DNA of 64,000 bases from a virus. Positions 28,492-41,600 of this stretch are shown here, one piece after another. The stretch's first letter is position 1; every line of letters begins with the position of its first letter. The notes under the pieces were generated by a model that did not search any database, had not been told where the DNA came from, and saw only the letters and a list, made by a program, of their open reading frames with translations. Location of the stretch: the IMG/VR virus record IMGVR_UViG_3300042907_001269, positions 1-64,000 of that record; one strand, given 5' to 3'. Made by a program: the position numbers and the translations under genes.

Positions 28492-28492
28492 T
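28464..28492 (+). promoter_or_regulatory. extended -10 promoter for petF
   Basis: TTCCAC-N17-TATAAT with TG at 28484-28485. Confidence 0.55.
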
Positions 28493-28515
28493 TACTCATA
28501 GTCACTACAACTTTT

Positions 28516-28806
28516 ATGACTTTTAATGTTACTCTTCGTTCCGCCGATGGAACCGAACAAACTATTCAATGTCCCGCAGACCAATATATTCTAGAAGCAG
28601 CAGATGAGGCAGGAATTGATCTTCCTTTCTCTTGTAAGGCAGGTGCCTGCTCTGCCTGTGCCGGTAAGGTTGTCTCTGGTGAGATTGATAATGAAGACCA
28701 ATCTTTCCTTGATGATGACCAAATGGCAGATGGATGGGCACTTCTTTGTGTGGCATATCCCAAGTCTGATTGTGTCATTCTTACCGAACAGGAGGAGAAC
28801 CTGTGA
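28516..28806 (+). CDS. petF: plant-type [2Fe-2S] ferredoxin
   Basis: [32 protein letters not shown]. Confidence 0.97.
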   Translation: MTFNVTLRSADGTEQTIQCPADQYILEAADEAGIDLPFSCKAGACSACAGKVVSGEIDNEDQSFLDDDQMADGWALLCVAYPKSDCVILTEQEENL

Positions 28807-29048
28807 GTTCCGAAATGCTCGGACAACTTGCCGTTGCCATTCAAAATCTTGGATGGGAACCAACGGATGAGATTGTAGTACAAGTCGGTGGTGTTGCCGC
28901 AACTGGCACTGAAACAAATCCCGATGCAAATCCAAAATGGGCAAAACCTTATGGTACTGTCACATATCAAAACGATGCTTTTATTGTGATTAAGAATGTA
29001 AATCGCAATCCTGTAGTACCTTCGCAACCAAATAATGAAAAAGTATAA
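28803..29048 (+). CDS. hypothetical protein
   Basis: GTG start with GGAGGAG SD, overlapping petF stop. Confidence 0.65.
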   Translation: MSSEMLGQLAVAIQNLGWEPTDEIVVQVGGVAATGTETNPDANPKWAKPYGTVTYQNDAFIVIKNVNRNPVVPSQPNNEKV

Positions 29049-29355
29049 TAGTGAAGAATATTTTTCAGTGATTGATAAAAGAACTGGAAGAAAAATTGTA
29101 GATTGTGCCGAGTGGTCAGATGCAATGTTGATGTTTGATTTTGACCCACATAATCGACAAATCACAAGGAATAAGTTTCTGATGGGTCAAGTAATTGATG
29201 TAGAAATGCCTAAAGCACTTCCAACAAATGAGATAGTTCAAGGTGGTGTTGGTAGTTCTTATGATATTCCAACTGCAACTGGTGCCAATGGACCTGGAGA
29301 ACCATTGCCACAAATCAAACTACCAGAAAGACAACAAGAACCTTTTGTTGTATGA
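29035..29355 (+). CDS. hypothetical protein
   Basis: ORF track. Confidence 0.65.
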   Translation: MKKYNSEEYFSVIDKRTGRKIVDCAEWSDAMLMFDFDPHNRQITRNKFLMGQVIDVEMPKALPTNEIVQGGVGSSYDIPTATGANGPGEPLPQIKLPERQQEPFVV

Positions 29356-29487
29356 ATCTACTTAACTTTTTTGAGAGAGACTCTGACATCACTTACTATG
29401 ATGAGTTTCATTACATTTATATTACACTCAAAGAACTCGTAGAAGTTATAAGAACAAAGAATAAATAATCATAAGTTGCAAATACTT

Positions 29488-29859
29488 ATGGTTCCTCTAC
29501 ACTCGTTTAAGGACTATCTGTTTAATCTAGAAACGACCAGTAAAGCAGAAGCAAAACGAATGTGGAGGAAAAATATAAAAGAGCAATGGGAACACAAGTG
29601 TGCCTATTGTGATTCGGAAGAGAATATCACGCTGGACCACATCATTCCGCAATGTAAGGGTGGACTTGATGTAAAGACGAATGTAATTTCCTGTTGTCAT
29701 TCCTGCAATCAATCCAAGGGGCACGAGCACTGGAAACTATGGTATGTCCAGCAAGATTTTTATAGTGAAGAGAGATTTGATAAAATACAAGAATGGATGA
29801 AACCAGAGGCACCAACAAATCTATATTCTTATCGCCCAAGACGTAATAATATTTCTTGA
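29488..29859 (+). CDS. HNH endonuclease
   Basis: KCAYCD..ITLDHIIPQCKGG..NVISCCHSCNQSKG; preceded by ATAAATA 29461-29467 and hairpin cataagt/acttatg over the ATG. Confidence 0.9.
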   Translation: MVPLHSFKDYLFNLETTSKAEAKRMWRKNIKEQWEHKCAYCDSEENITLDHIIPQCKGGLDVKTNVISCCHSCNQSKGHEHWKLWYVQQDFYSEERFDKIQEWMKPEAPTNLYSYRPRRNNIS

Positions 29860-29914
29860 ATAAATAAATCAAGGCAATATATATTGCTTTTTTGGTAAAT
29901 ACCGAATGTAATAA

Positions 29915-32269
29915 ATGGCAACTCCGATTCGTATTAAAAGGTCTGCTGTACCCGGCAAAAGACCTGCGGTTTCTGATTTAAGAACAGGTGAATTAGCTTT
30001 AAATACGTTTGATGCAGAAGTCTATACTTTAAGAGATAGATTTTCGCAGACTGGAATTTCTACGGAAGTTGTTAGACTCGGTGCGGGTGCAACAGTTACT
30101 AATATTTTATATGTCACAAAAGACGGAAACGATACGAACACAGGAAAAAAACTCGGAGACGCAAAAGCAACTGTTGGAGCAGCCCTCTCAATCGCAACAG
30201 AAGGATCCGTTATTAGAGTTGCTTCTGGATCTTATATAGAAAATAATCCTTTAGTTTTGTCAAAACAGGTCTCAATTGTTGGAGATAGTTTAAGAGAAGT
30301 ATCAATATCTCCACAAAATTCAAATCAAGATTTATTTCACGTTACAGAAGGAAATTATGTAACGGAAATGTCTTATACAGGATCTTTGAATCCTGGTAAG
30401 GCAGTTTTTGCTTTTAATCCAAATACGATTGGATTTTCAAGTCAGTCGGCATATATTCGTAACTGTACTAATTTCATTCCAAATAGTATTGGAATGAAAA
30501 TTGATGGTAATGATGCCATAGGTCCAACTAGGAGTATGGTTACGGATTCCTTCACTCAATATAATCAGGGTGGAATTGGAGTTTCAATCACAAATGGGGG
30601 GTATGCTCAGTTAGTTTCTCTCTTTACAATTTGTAATGACATAGCGGTTTATTGTGGATCTGGTGGTGCTTGTGATCTTACAAACTCAAACTCATCTTTT
30701 GGAAACTATGCTCTTGTTGCTGATGGTGTTGGAGCAAAAAAATATACGGGAATAGTCACAAGTGCTGCAGCAGAAAATGCTGATACTTTTGTTCTTGATT
30801 TAAATGTACCAACTTTAAATATAGTAAATGCTCTTTATGATAATACGACGGGACTTTTAACTGCCTATACTGATAGTGCTCATAAGTTCTCGGTTGGTAT
30901 GGGTATTTCTCTTTCTGGACTTGAATTTAGTTGCCCTTCTGGTCCCGGAATTGTTACATACCCAAGCGGAAAAAAGGGATATATATTTGAAACAAAAACT
31001 GTTGCTCCGGGAAGATATGTTGATTCGTATAATTTAATTCGGGCAAATAGACAAGAAATTATTGATAGTTCTTATAATCAAATAACCACACAATTCCCAT
31101 CTTTTGTAAATCCAAGTCCAGATAAGTGTAAGAGAGATATTGGATATATTGTAGATGCCGTATCACTAGATGTAAGAGATTTTACAAGTGAAAACTCTAT
31201 TGAAGCAACAAAAGCTTATTTTGGAGAAAATGGTCTTCCCTTAAATAATGGTCTTGTTGGAGAAGAGATACAAACAATAGTTGGATTTACTTCTGCCAGA
31301 GAACTAATGAAACTGGCAATTACTAATAATCTAACAGTTAAAGACTTGAATGTTGTTGCGGATCCACTCACCGGAAGTAATACGAGTCCTGCTTCTTGTG
31401 CCGATGTTCGGTCTTTTATTGATAATCTTGTCGGAATTATTACGACTAGTATTGGTGCCGGGAATATCCTTTCACTTCCACAAGTGTCTATGGCAAGTAC
31501 GGTGTTTACTTGTAATGTTGGAGTTTCTACATTACCTCATACTTATGTAGGTAGCGGCACGGCAAAAATTAATGTCATAAGACCCTTTGATGGTCAGGTC
31601 GTATATTTTAACAAACTTTACTATACAGTAGGAAAGATATTAATAACTAATGGTGGATCTGGATATTCTCTTTCTCCGGAAATTACTATATCTGATCCAG
31701 AAACTGATTTTGGAGTTGTTGCACAGGCAGTTGCGGAAGTTAAAGATGGTACTGTTGTTGCAATTGATATGGTTTCTACGGGTAGAGGATATACTTATAC
31801 ACCAACAGTCACATTAACCGGTCCTGAAGTTGGAATAAATACAGCAGTAGCGGTTCCTTTAATGGTTCCAACTTATTATTCAATATTAAGTTCTACTCCA
31901 ATTTCTGCCGGTATTTGTACTATTACGGTAAATGATAATGTTCCTTATGAGGTTGGAATTGGAACACAGGTTCCATTTTTTAAACAGAGTCGTATTTTGG
32001 CATCAGGGCATTCTTTGGAATATATTGGTTCTGGTACAAATATTGACACTGCTCTTCCCTCATTAGGTGGGGTTCCAATTCAAGAGAATGAGACCGATGT
32101 TCGTAATGGTGGATTGGTTGTATTCACGAGTACGGACCAATCAGGAAACTTTAGAATTGGTGATGGCGTTGTAATTGATCAGCAGACGGGTACTATATCT
32201 GGTACATTTTATTCTAAGAGTTTATTTTCTACCATTACACCATTTATTCTAGCACTAGGAGGAGATTAA
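29915..32269 (+). CDS. virion structural/tail-fibre-associated protein with beta-helix-like region
   Basis: N-terminal IRIKRSAVPGKRP..GELALNT fibre motif; YVTKDGNDTNTG, IVGDSLR; ITNGGSGY repeats. Confidence 0.7.
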   Translation: MATPIRIKRSAVPGKRPAVSDLRTGELALNTFDAEVYTLRDRFSQTGISTEVVRLGAGATVTNILYVTKDGNDTNTGKKLGDAKATVGAALSIATEGSVIRVASGSYIENNPLVLSKQVSIVGDSLREVSISPQNSNQDLFHVTEGNYVTEMSYTGSLNPGKAVFAFNPNTIGFSSQSAYIRNCTNFIPNSIGMKIDGNDAIGPTRSMVTDSFTQYNQGGIGVSITNGGYAQLVSLFTICNDIAVYCGSGGACDLTNSNSSFGNYALVADGVGAKKYTGIVTSAAAENADTFVLDLNVPTLNIVNALYDNTTGLLTAYTDSAHKFSVGMGISLSGLEFSCPSGPGIVTYPSGKKGYIFETKTVAPGRYVDSYNLIRANRQEIIDSSYNQITTQFPSFVNPSPDKCKRDIGYIVDAVSLDVRDFTSENSIEATKAYFGENGLPLNNGLVGEEIQTIVGFTSARELMKLAITNNLTVKDLNVVADPLTGSNTSPASCADVRSFIDNLVGIITTSIGAGNILSLPQVSMASTVFTCNVGVSTLPHTYVGSGTAKINVIRPFDGQVVYFNKLYYTVGKILITNGGSGYSLSPEITISDPETDFGVVAQAVAEVKDGTVVAIDMVSTGRGYTYTPTVTLTGPEVGINTAVAVPLMVPTYYSILSSTPISAGICTITVNDNVPYEVGIGTQVPFFKQSRILASGHSLEYIGSGTNIDTALPSLGGVPIQENETDVRNGGLVVFTSTDQSGNFRIGDGVVIDQQTGTISGTFYSKSLFSTITPFILALGGD

Positions 32270-32272
32270 ATA

Positions 32273-32620
32273 ATGGCATTAGCACTTAATGTATTCAAGA
32301 CGATTACTACTGTTGGTAATACTAATAATGTCGGCATTTATACTGCTCCAGTTGGATATACTGGAGTTGTACTTCTAGCACAGGCAACGAATATTGGAGC
32401 ACAAACACAAACAGTTTCATTCGCACATCAAAGAACCAATAAAAGAACAGGAATTGCGGTTACAACTGAAATTATTTTATCTTATCCTATCTCTGGAAAT
32501 GATACGGCAAATTTGTTAGCAGGAAAGTTAGTTCTGGAATCAAGTGATGTCCTTAGATTTTCCGCAAGTAATAATACTGATATTAAGTTCATAGCAAGCA
32601 TTCTAGAAACTCTTAACTAA
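32273..32620 (+). CDS. small virion structural protein
   Basis: IYTAPVGYTGVVL..GKLVLE; location in structural operon. Confidence 0.6.
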   Translation: MALALNVFKTITTVGNTNNVGIYTAPVGYTGVVLLAQATNIGAQTQTVSFAHQRTNKRTGIAVTTEIILSYPISGNDTANLLAGKLVLESSDVLRFSASNNTDIKFIASILETLN

Positions 32621-32623
32621 CAA

Positions 32624-35600
32624 ATGGATAAGTACGTCAGCGGCAGACAAAGGAAACTCCAAGTAGGTTTATCTTCTTATAGTGAAGGAACTCAGGTAGT
32701 AGAAGTAATTGGACGTGTAGGTATTGGTTCTACAGTCTTTGATGCCCAGTATGACTTAGACGTTCGTGGCAATACAAATCTTGGTGCTAATAGTTCTAAT
32801 TTAATTAATATTCCTGGAAGAATCTCTTCAAATTTATATCCATCTAGCGATGGTGTTTATGATATTGGTAGAGCTCCTCAAATTGGTTCTGGAGCAAATC
32901 GTTGGAAAGATGCTAATTTTCTTGGAAAGGGTACATTTAATGCTGGTGTAGATGCTCATGATATTGAAATTGGTGTAGGTGCTGCGAATTTAATTTATAG
33001 TACTTCTGGAAATTTAGAATTAAATTCTGACAGCGGAAGAACTAATATTGATGATAATCTAACTGTATCGGGAAATATTGGTGTAGGGTCTGTTAATCCT
33101 ACATCAAAACTCTGGGTAACTGGTGATGGATATTTTACTGGTGTTGTAACTTCCTCTAACTTTTATGTTAATGGTGAATTAGTTGGTACTGGTGGTTCTT
33201 TAACCAATCTTTATGTTTCTGGTATATCTACTTTCAGTGGACCTGTTGGATTAGGATCTTCGGTAGTAGACGTATATGGTAATGTAGGTATTGCTGGTTC
33301 TATTTTAATTTCTACTGGTGCTGGAGTTAGTTGGGTTTCTCCTTTTGCTGCCGGTCTTCAAGGTACTCAAGGTCTTCAGGGTACTCAAGGAACTCAGGGA
33401 ATCCAAGGTGAGCAGGGTACTCAAGGTCTTCAGGGTACTCAAGGAACCCAAGGTCTACAGGGTACACAAGGTACTCAAGGTCTTCAGGGTACTCAAGGAA
33501 CTCAGGGAATCCAAGGTGAGCAGGGTACTCAAGGTCTTCAGGGTACTCAAGGAACTCAGGGAATCCAAGGTGAGCAGGGAACTCAAGGTCTTCAGGGTAC
33601 TCAAGGAACTCAGGGAATCCAAGGTGAGCAGGGTACTCAAGGTCTTCAGGGTACTCAAGGAACTCAAGGTCTTCAGGGTACTCAAGGAACTCAGGGAATT
33701 CAAGGTGAGCAGGGAACTCAAGGTCTTCAGGGTACTCAAGGAACTCAAGGTCTTCAGGGTACTCAAGGAACTCAAGGTCTTCAGGGAACTCAAGGAACCC
33801 AAGGTCTTCAGGGTACTCAAGGTACTCAGGGTCTTCAAGGAACTCAAGGAACCCAAGGTCTTCAGGGTACTCAAGGTACTCAAGGATTACAAGGAACTCA
33901 AGGAATTGAAGGTCCAGTAGCGGGTTCATCAGGCCAAGTTATCTATAAAGATGGTTCCAATAATCCTGTCGGTTCCAATAACCTAACCTTTGATGGTTCT
34001 AACTTATATGTTGGTGGGAACATTACCGTTGGTGGTACTACGGCATTCCTTGCTGTTAATGAACTTAAAGTTAATGATAAAGATATTATACTTGGTATTA
34101 CCACCGATGCTTTTGATAATGATATTTCTACCGATATAACCGCAAATCATGGTGGTATTGCAATTGCTTCTACGGAAGGAAGTCCATTAATTGACATTAG
34201 TATCGTTGGTATTGATAGTATTCCATCCACATACAAACAAATTATGTGGATTAAGGGTGGTACTTTGGGAGCAGGAACCACCGATGCTTGGTTATTCAAC
34301 TATGGTGTTGGTATTGGTTCTACTCAAGTACCTAATGGAGTAAGACTTTCCGCTGGTGGTATGCAGGTTACTGATACCACAGTAACTTCTCCATACTTTG
34401 ATGGTATTGTTACAAAACAGGCAATTAAGGGTCAAATATCTACAAGTAGTGTAACTTCTGATGATTTGATTTTGATCTATGATAACACAACTGATCAAAT
34501 TTATAAATCAACAATTCAGGATGCCGCTCTTCAGGGTAGACAAGGTATTCAGGGTCTTCAGGGTACTCAAGGAACTCAGGGTCTTCAGGGAACTCAGGGC
34601 ACTCAGGGTCTTCAGGGAACTCAGGGCACTCAGGGTCTTCAGGGTACTCAGGGAACTCAAGGTCTTCAGGGTACTCAAGGAACTCAGGGAATTCAAGGTG
34701 AGCAGGGAACTCAAGGTCTTCAGGGTACTCAGGGAACTCAAGGTCTTCAGGGTACTCAGGGAACCCAAGGTCTTCAGGGTACTCAAGGAACTCAAGGTCT
34801 TCAGGGTACTCAAGGAACTCAGGGAATTCAAGGTGAGCAGGGAACTCAAGGTCTTCAGGGTACACAAGGTACTCAAGGTCTTCAGGGTACTCAAGGTACA
34901 CAGGGTCTTCAGGGTACTCAAGGAACTCAGGGAATTCAAGGTGAGCAGGGAACTCAAGGTCTTCAGGGTACTCAAGGTACACAGGGTCTTCAGGGTCTTC
35001 AGGGTACACAAGGTACTCAAGGTCTTCAGGGTACTCAAGGTACACAGGGTCTTCAGGGTACGCAAGGAACTCAGGGTCTTCAGGGTACGCAAGGAACTCA
35101 AGGAATTCAAGGTGAGCAGGGAACTCAGGGAACTCAAGGTCTTCAGGGTACGCAAGGTACTCAAGGAATCCAAGGTGAGCAGGGTACTCAGGGTCTACAG
35201 GGTACGCAAGGAACTCAAGGAATTCAAGGTGAGCAGGGAACTCAGGGTCTTCAGGGTACTCAAGGAACCCAAGGTCTTCAGGGTACTCAAGGAACTCAGG
35301 GTCTTCAGGGTCTTCAGGGTACGCAAGGAACTCAAGGAATTCAAGGTGAGCAGGGAACTCAGGGTCTTCAGGGTACGCAAGGTACTCAAGGTACTCAAGG
35401 TCTTCAGGGTACTCAAGGTACACAGGGTCTTCAGGGTACTCAAGGTATTCAAGGACAGCAAGGTATTCAAGGTACTCAAGGAATTCAAGGTGAGCAGGGT
35501 ACTCAAGGTCTACAGGGTACACAAGGTACTCAAGGTCTTCAGGGTACTCAAGGAACTCAGGGTCTTCAGGGTACTCAAGGAACTCAAGGAACTCAAGGAA

Positions 35601-38600
35601 TTCAAGGTGAGCAGGGTACTCAAGGTCTACAGGGTACACAAGGTACTCAAGGTCTTCAGGGTACTCAAGGAACTCAGGGTCTTCAGGGTACTCAAGGAAC
35701 TCAAGGAACTCAAGGTCTTCAGGGTCTGATTGGTCCTATTGCCGGTTCTGATACTGAGGTAATTTTTAATGATGCAGGAGTTTCTGGAGCTTCTTCTAAC
35801 TTTACGTTCAATAAAAATACCTCAACCGTTCAAATTGGAGGAGTTTCTGGTACTGGAATTGGCATTAACACCAATACAATTACTGGTCCTTCCGAACTGA
35901 TTATTGACCCTGCTGGTGTAGGTGTTGATACTGGTGTCGTAAGAATTAAAGGTGACTTATATGTAGACGGAACCACAACCACAATTAATTCTACCATTGT
36001 AGAGATTGCTGATGCTCAAATAGGCATAGCAACAACAGTAGGAACCAATTTACTTCTTGATGGTGCCGGAATCGGTATTGGGTCTACTAATATTCGTAAG
36101 ACTTTAACCTATGATTTCTCAAGTGATTCATTAAAATCAAGTGAAAACTTTGATTTAGAAAATAATAAAGTTTATAAAATTAATGAAGTTGAAGTACTTT
36201 CTTCAACTACTCTAGGAACAGGAGTTACAATATCAAGTATTAGAAGTGTATCACCAGGTTTAATTTCCGATAGACCTGAAGTATCAGCAACTGCCGATGA
36301 TTATATTCTTTATTATGATAATCTTGATGGAACTCTGAAGAAGTCCACAATTCAAAATGCCGCCCTTCAGGGTGTTCAAGGTACTCAAGGACTTCAGGGT
36401 ACTCAAGGTCTTCAAGGAACCCAAGGTCTTCAGGGAACCCAAGGCACTCAGGGTACTCAAGGTCTCCAAGGAACCCAAGGCACTCAGGGTACTCAAGGTC
36501 TTCAGGGTACTCAAGGAGCACAAGGTACTCAAGGTCTTCAGGGTACTCAAGGAGCACAAGGTACTCAAGGTCTTCAGGGTACTCAAGGAGCACAAGGTAC
36601 TCAAGGATTACAAGGAACCCAAGGTACTCAGGGTACTCAAGGTCTTCAGGGTACTCAAGGTCTTCAGGGTACTCAAGGTCTTCAGGGTACTCAAGGTCTT
36701 CAGGGTACTCAAGGAGCACAAGGTACTCAAGGTCTTCAGGGTACTCAAGGTCTTCAGGGTACTCAAGGTCTTCAGGGTACTCAAGGATTACAGGGTACTC
36801 AAGGATTACAAGGAACCCAAGGCACTCAGGGTACTCAAGGTCTTCAGGGTACTCAAGGAGCACAAGGTACTCAGGGTACTCAAGGATTACAAGGAACCCA
36901 AGGTACTCAGGGTACTCAAGGTCTTCAGGGTACTCAAGGTCTTCAGGGTACTCAAGGTCTTCAGGGTACTCAAGGATTACAGGGTACTCAAGGATTACAA
37001 GGAACCCAAGGCACTCAGGGTACTCAAGGTCTACAAGGTACTCAAGGTCTTCAGGGTACTCAAGGAGCACAAGGTACTCAAGGTCTTCAGGGTACTCAAG
37101 GTCTCCAAGGAACCCAAGGTACTCAGGGAACTCAAGGATTACAAGGAACCCAAGGTACTCAAGGTACTCAAGGTCTTCAGGGAACTCAAGGTTTAACGGG
37201 ACCAATAGCAGGTTCTAACTCTCAAGTTATTTTTAACAATAATAATGTTTCTGCCGGAGCTACTAACTTTGTATATGATGCTGTAAATCAAAGAGTTGGT
37301 ATTGGAACCACAGTTCCAACAACAAACTTAGATGTAAATGGTGGTATTAGACTTCGTGGTTCTCTCTTTGATAAGGATAATGAACCTGGAGCACCAGGGC
37401 AAGTTCTCGCATCAACTGGTTCTGGAGTAGATTGGGTTGCTGCCGCCGCTGCTGGCGCAATTACTGGTATTACAATTCGTGAGGAAGGTTCTGTTGTAGG
37501 AACTACAGATAGTGTTAATTCTGTTAATTTTGTAGGACCAAATGTAACTGCAACAGCATCTGGTGCTGGCGCAACTATCACAATTGCCGATTATGTTTCT
37601 AATGCCGGTATCGCCACAAATCTAAAAGGCGGTGCTACTGGTAATATACCTTATCAGTCTTCACCTGATAATACTGTATTCTTGGCAAATGGCACATCTG
37701 GGTATGTTCTTCAATCAAATGGAGTTGGTGCCGCACCTACTTGGGTTCCTGCCGCTGCCGCTGGCGCAATTACTGGTATTACAATTCGTGAAGAAGGTTC
37801 TGTTGTAGGAACTCCGGATAGTGTTAATTCCATTAACTTTGTAAGTGGAAATCTAACCGCAACCGCAACCGGAGTAGGCGCAACAATCGCCCTAACTGAT
37901 ACTCCTACATTTACTGGTCTTACTGTTAATGGTACTACCAATATTAATTCAAATTTAAATGTTAGTGGAAACATAACTGTCGGTGGTACTACGGCATTTA
38001 TTTCTGTTAATGAACTAGTTGTTAGAGATAAAGATATTATATTAGGATTTACAACAAATGCCCTCAATCAGGATGTTTCTACAGACACTACGGCAAATCA
38101 CGGTGGTATTGCTATTGCTTCTACCGAAGGTACTCCACTAGTTGATATTAGTGTCGTTGGTATTGATAGTATTGCTTCCACATATAAGCAAATTATGTGG
38201 ATTAAGGGTGGTACTTTGGGTGCCGGTACTACTGATGCATGGTTATTCAACTATGGTGTTGGTATTGGAAGCACTCAAGTACCAAATGGAGTTCGTTTGG
38301 CAGTCGGTGGAGTTCATATTACCGATAGTCAAATTACCGCAACCAGATTTAATGGAACTGCTAGTAATCTTGATATTAATGGATTACCTACCGTTACAGA
38401 CCCTCAAAGTGGTGACTTTATTGCACTTTATGATGTAAGTGGAACTGTTGTAGGAAAGGCAACGATACAGAATGCCGCTCTTCAGGGACTCCAAGGTACT
38501 CAAGGATTACAAGGAACTCAGGGTCTTCAGGGTACTCAGGGAAGACAAGGTACTCAAGGTCTTCAGGGAACCCAAGGTACACAAGGTACTCAAGGACTCC

Positions 38601-41600
38601 AAGGTACTCAGGGTACACAAGGTACTCAGGGTCTTCAGGGTACTCAAGGAGCACAAGGAACTCAGGGTCTTCAGGGTACTCAAGGAGCACAAGGAACTCA
38701 AGGACTTCAGGGTACTCAAGGAAACCAAGGTACTCAAGGATTACAGGGTACTCAAGGAACCCAAGGTACTCAAGGATTACAGGGTACTCAAGGTCTTCAA
38801 GGTACTCAGGGTACTCAAGGAACCCAAGGTTTACAAGGAACTCAGGGACTCCAAGGTACTCAAGGATTACAAGGAACTCAGGGACTCCAAGGTACACAAG
38901 GTCTACAAGGTACTCAGGGACTTCAGGGAACCCAAGGTTTACAAGGAACTCAGGGACTTCAGGGAACTCAGGGAAGACAAGGTCTTCAGGGTACTCAGGG
39001 AACTCAAGGTACTCAAGGTCTTCAGGGAACACAAGGTACTCAGGGTACTCAAGGTACTCAAGGTCTTCAGGGTACTCAAGGAACTCAAGGTTTAACGGGA
39101 CCAGTTGCTGGTACTGACAAACAAGTTATTTTTAACAACAATAATGTATCTGCGGGTGCTACTAACTTTGTATATGATGCAGTAAATCAGAGTGTTGGTA
39201 TTGGAACAGTAAGTCCAGGAGCAGGAATTAAACTTGATGTTGTTGGTGGAGAAATCAAGGCAGGTAGAGTTGATACATCTAATGAAGGTGGTCAGTTAAG
39301 TTTTGGTAGAGCAACTGATAATGCAACTGCTTGGTATATTGATGTTTATGGTAATACTTCAACACCAAATCTTCGTTTTGTTGATGTTAGTAATGCGGCA
39401 GTAAGAGCTCAAATTGATGGTTCTGGAAACTTTGTTTTTGAGAGTCCTATTGAATTAAATTCTACATTAAAGGACATTTATAATAATGTAGGTGCTGCTG
39501 GTTCTATTTTAGTTTCTACTGGTGCTGGAGTTTCTTGGACTACGCCTTTTGCTGCTGGAATTCAAGGTCTTCAGGGTACTCAGGGCACACAAGGTACACA
39601 AGGTACTCAAGGATTACAAGGAACTCAAGGTACTCAGGGAGCTCAAGGTCTTCAGGGTACTCAGGGTATTCAAGGACGCCAAGGTCTACAGGGTACTCAA
39701 GGCACTCAAGGTACTCAGGGAACTCAAGGTCTTCAGGGAACTCAAGGAACTCAAGGAACTCAAGGTCTTCAGGGAACTCAAGGAACTCAAGGTCTACAGG
39801 GTACTCAGGGTCTACAGGGTACTCAAGGTACTCAGGGCACACAAGGTACACAAGGTACACAAGGTACACAAGGTACTCAAGGATTACAAGGAACTCAAGG
39901 TACTCAGGGAACTCAAGGTCTTCAGGGTACTCAGGGTATTCAAGGACGCCAAGGTCTACAGGGTACTCAAGGCACTCAAGGTCTACAGGGTACTCAAGGT
40001 ACTCAAGGAACTCAAGGCACTCAAGGTACTCAGGGAACTCAAGGTCTTCAGGGAACTCAAGGAACTCAAGGAATCACTGGTCCAGTAGCAGGTTCTAATA
40101 CTCAAGTAATCTTTAATGATAATGGAGTTTCTGGTGCCTCCGCAAACTTTACATTCAATAAAAACACTTCAACAGTTCAAATTGGTGGAGTAAGTGGTAC
40201 TGGTATTGGAATTAATACTAACACTATTACTGGACCTGCAGAATTAATTATTGATCCAGCAGCAATTGGAAATGATACTGGAGTGGTAAGAATCAAAGGT
40301 GATTTATATGTAGATGGAACACAAACTATTATAAACTCCACCACAATTGAACTAGCGGACCTAAGAGTTGGTATTGCGACTACTATAGGAACAAGTCTAC
40401 TTCTTGATGGTGGTGGTATTGGTATTGGTTCTGCAAATATAGTCAAGACAATCCTTTGGAATCATACTGCACAAGCATTAACTTCAAGTGAAGATTGGAA
40501 TCTTGCATCTGGTAAGTCTTATGAGATTAATGGAACATCAGTTCTCAACGCAACAACACTCGGTTCTGGAGTTACTGATTCTTCACTTAGAAAAGTTGCT
40601 CCTCAAATTATTTCAGACAGAGTAGAACTTACTGCACCAGAAGTTCAGTCTGGAGATTACTTATTGCTTTATGATGTAAGTGATGGTCAGTTAAAGAAAG
40701 CAACAATACAGAATGCCGCCCTACAAGGTCTCCAGGGAACACAGGGTATTCAGGGTCGCCAAGGTCTTCAAGGAACTCAAGGTACTCAAGGTACTCAAGG
40801 TACTCAGGGAACTCAAGGTCTCCAGGGTACTCAAGGCACTCAAGGAACCCAAGGTCTTCAGGGTACTCAAGGTACTCAAGGAACTCAAGGTCTTCAAGGA
40901 ACCCAAGGTCTTCAAGGAACCCAAGGTCTTCAAGGAACCCAAGGTCTTCAAGGAACCCAAGGACTCCAGGGTACTCAAGGTCTTCAGGGTACACAGGGAA
41001 CACAAGGTACTCAGGGTCTTCAGGGTACACAAGGACTCCAAGGAACCCAAGGATTACAGGGTACTCAAGGTCTACAGGGAACTCAAGGATTACAGGGTAC
41101 TCAAGGTCTCCAAGGTACTCAAGGATTACAGGGTACTCAGGGGACACAAGGTACACAAGGTCTTCAGGGAACTCAGGGTCTCCAAGGTACCCAAGGTCTT
41201 CAAGGTACTCAAGGTCTTCAGGGTACTCAAAGTACTCAAGGAACCCAAGGTCTTCAGGGTGCTCAAGGTCTTCAGGGATTACAGGGTGTTCAAGGAAATA
41301 ATAATGGTGGAGTAACTGTTGTTAATGATGTTTCTACAAATGCTCTTCGTTATATTGTATTTGAAGATGTAACTTCTGGAGTTTCCACAAATGTTGGAGT
41401 TTCCAGCACCAAACTGACCTTTAATCCTTCAACTGGTAATGTTGGTGTAGGAACCACAAATCCAGCAAATAAACTACAAGTTTCTGGTGGTAGTATTTTA
41501 TTAGACAATGGTACATCTGCTACAGTAAATACTTCTGCACATATTGGATTTGGTACAAATCTTGTTAGTAGAATAGTAGGAAGAGATAATAATACTGGAC

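Noticed and set aside
28566-29165. Minus-strand 199-aa ORF
   Set aside because: Antisense to petF and neighbours, no recognisable motifs, against the uniform + strand orientation
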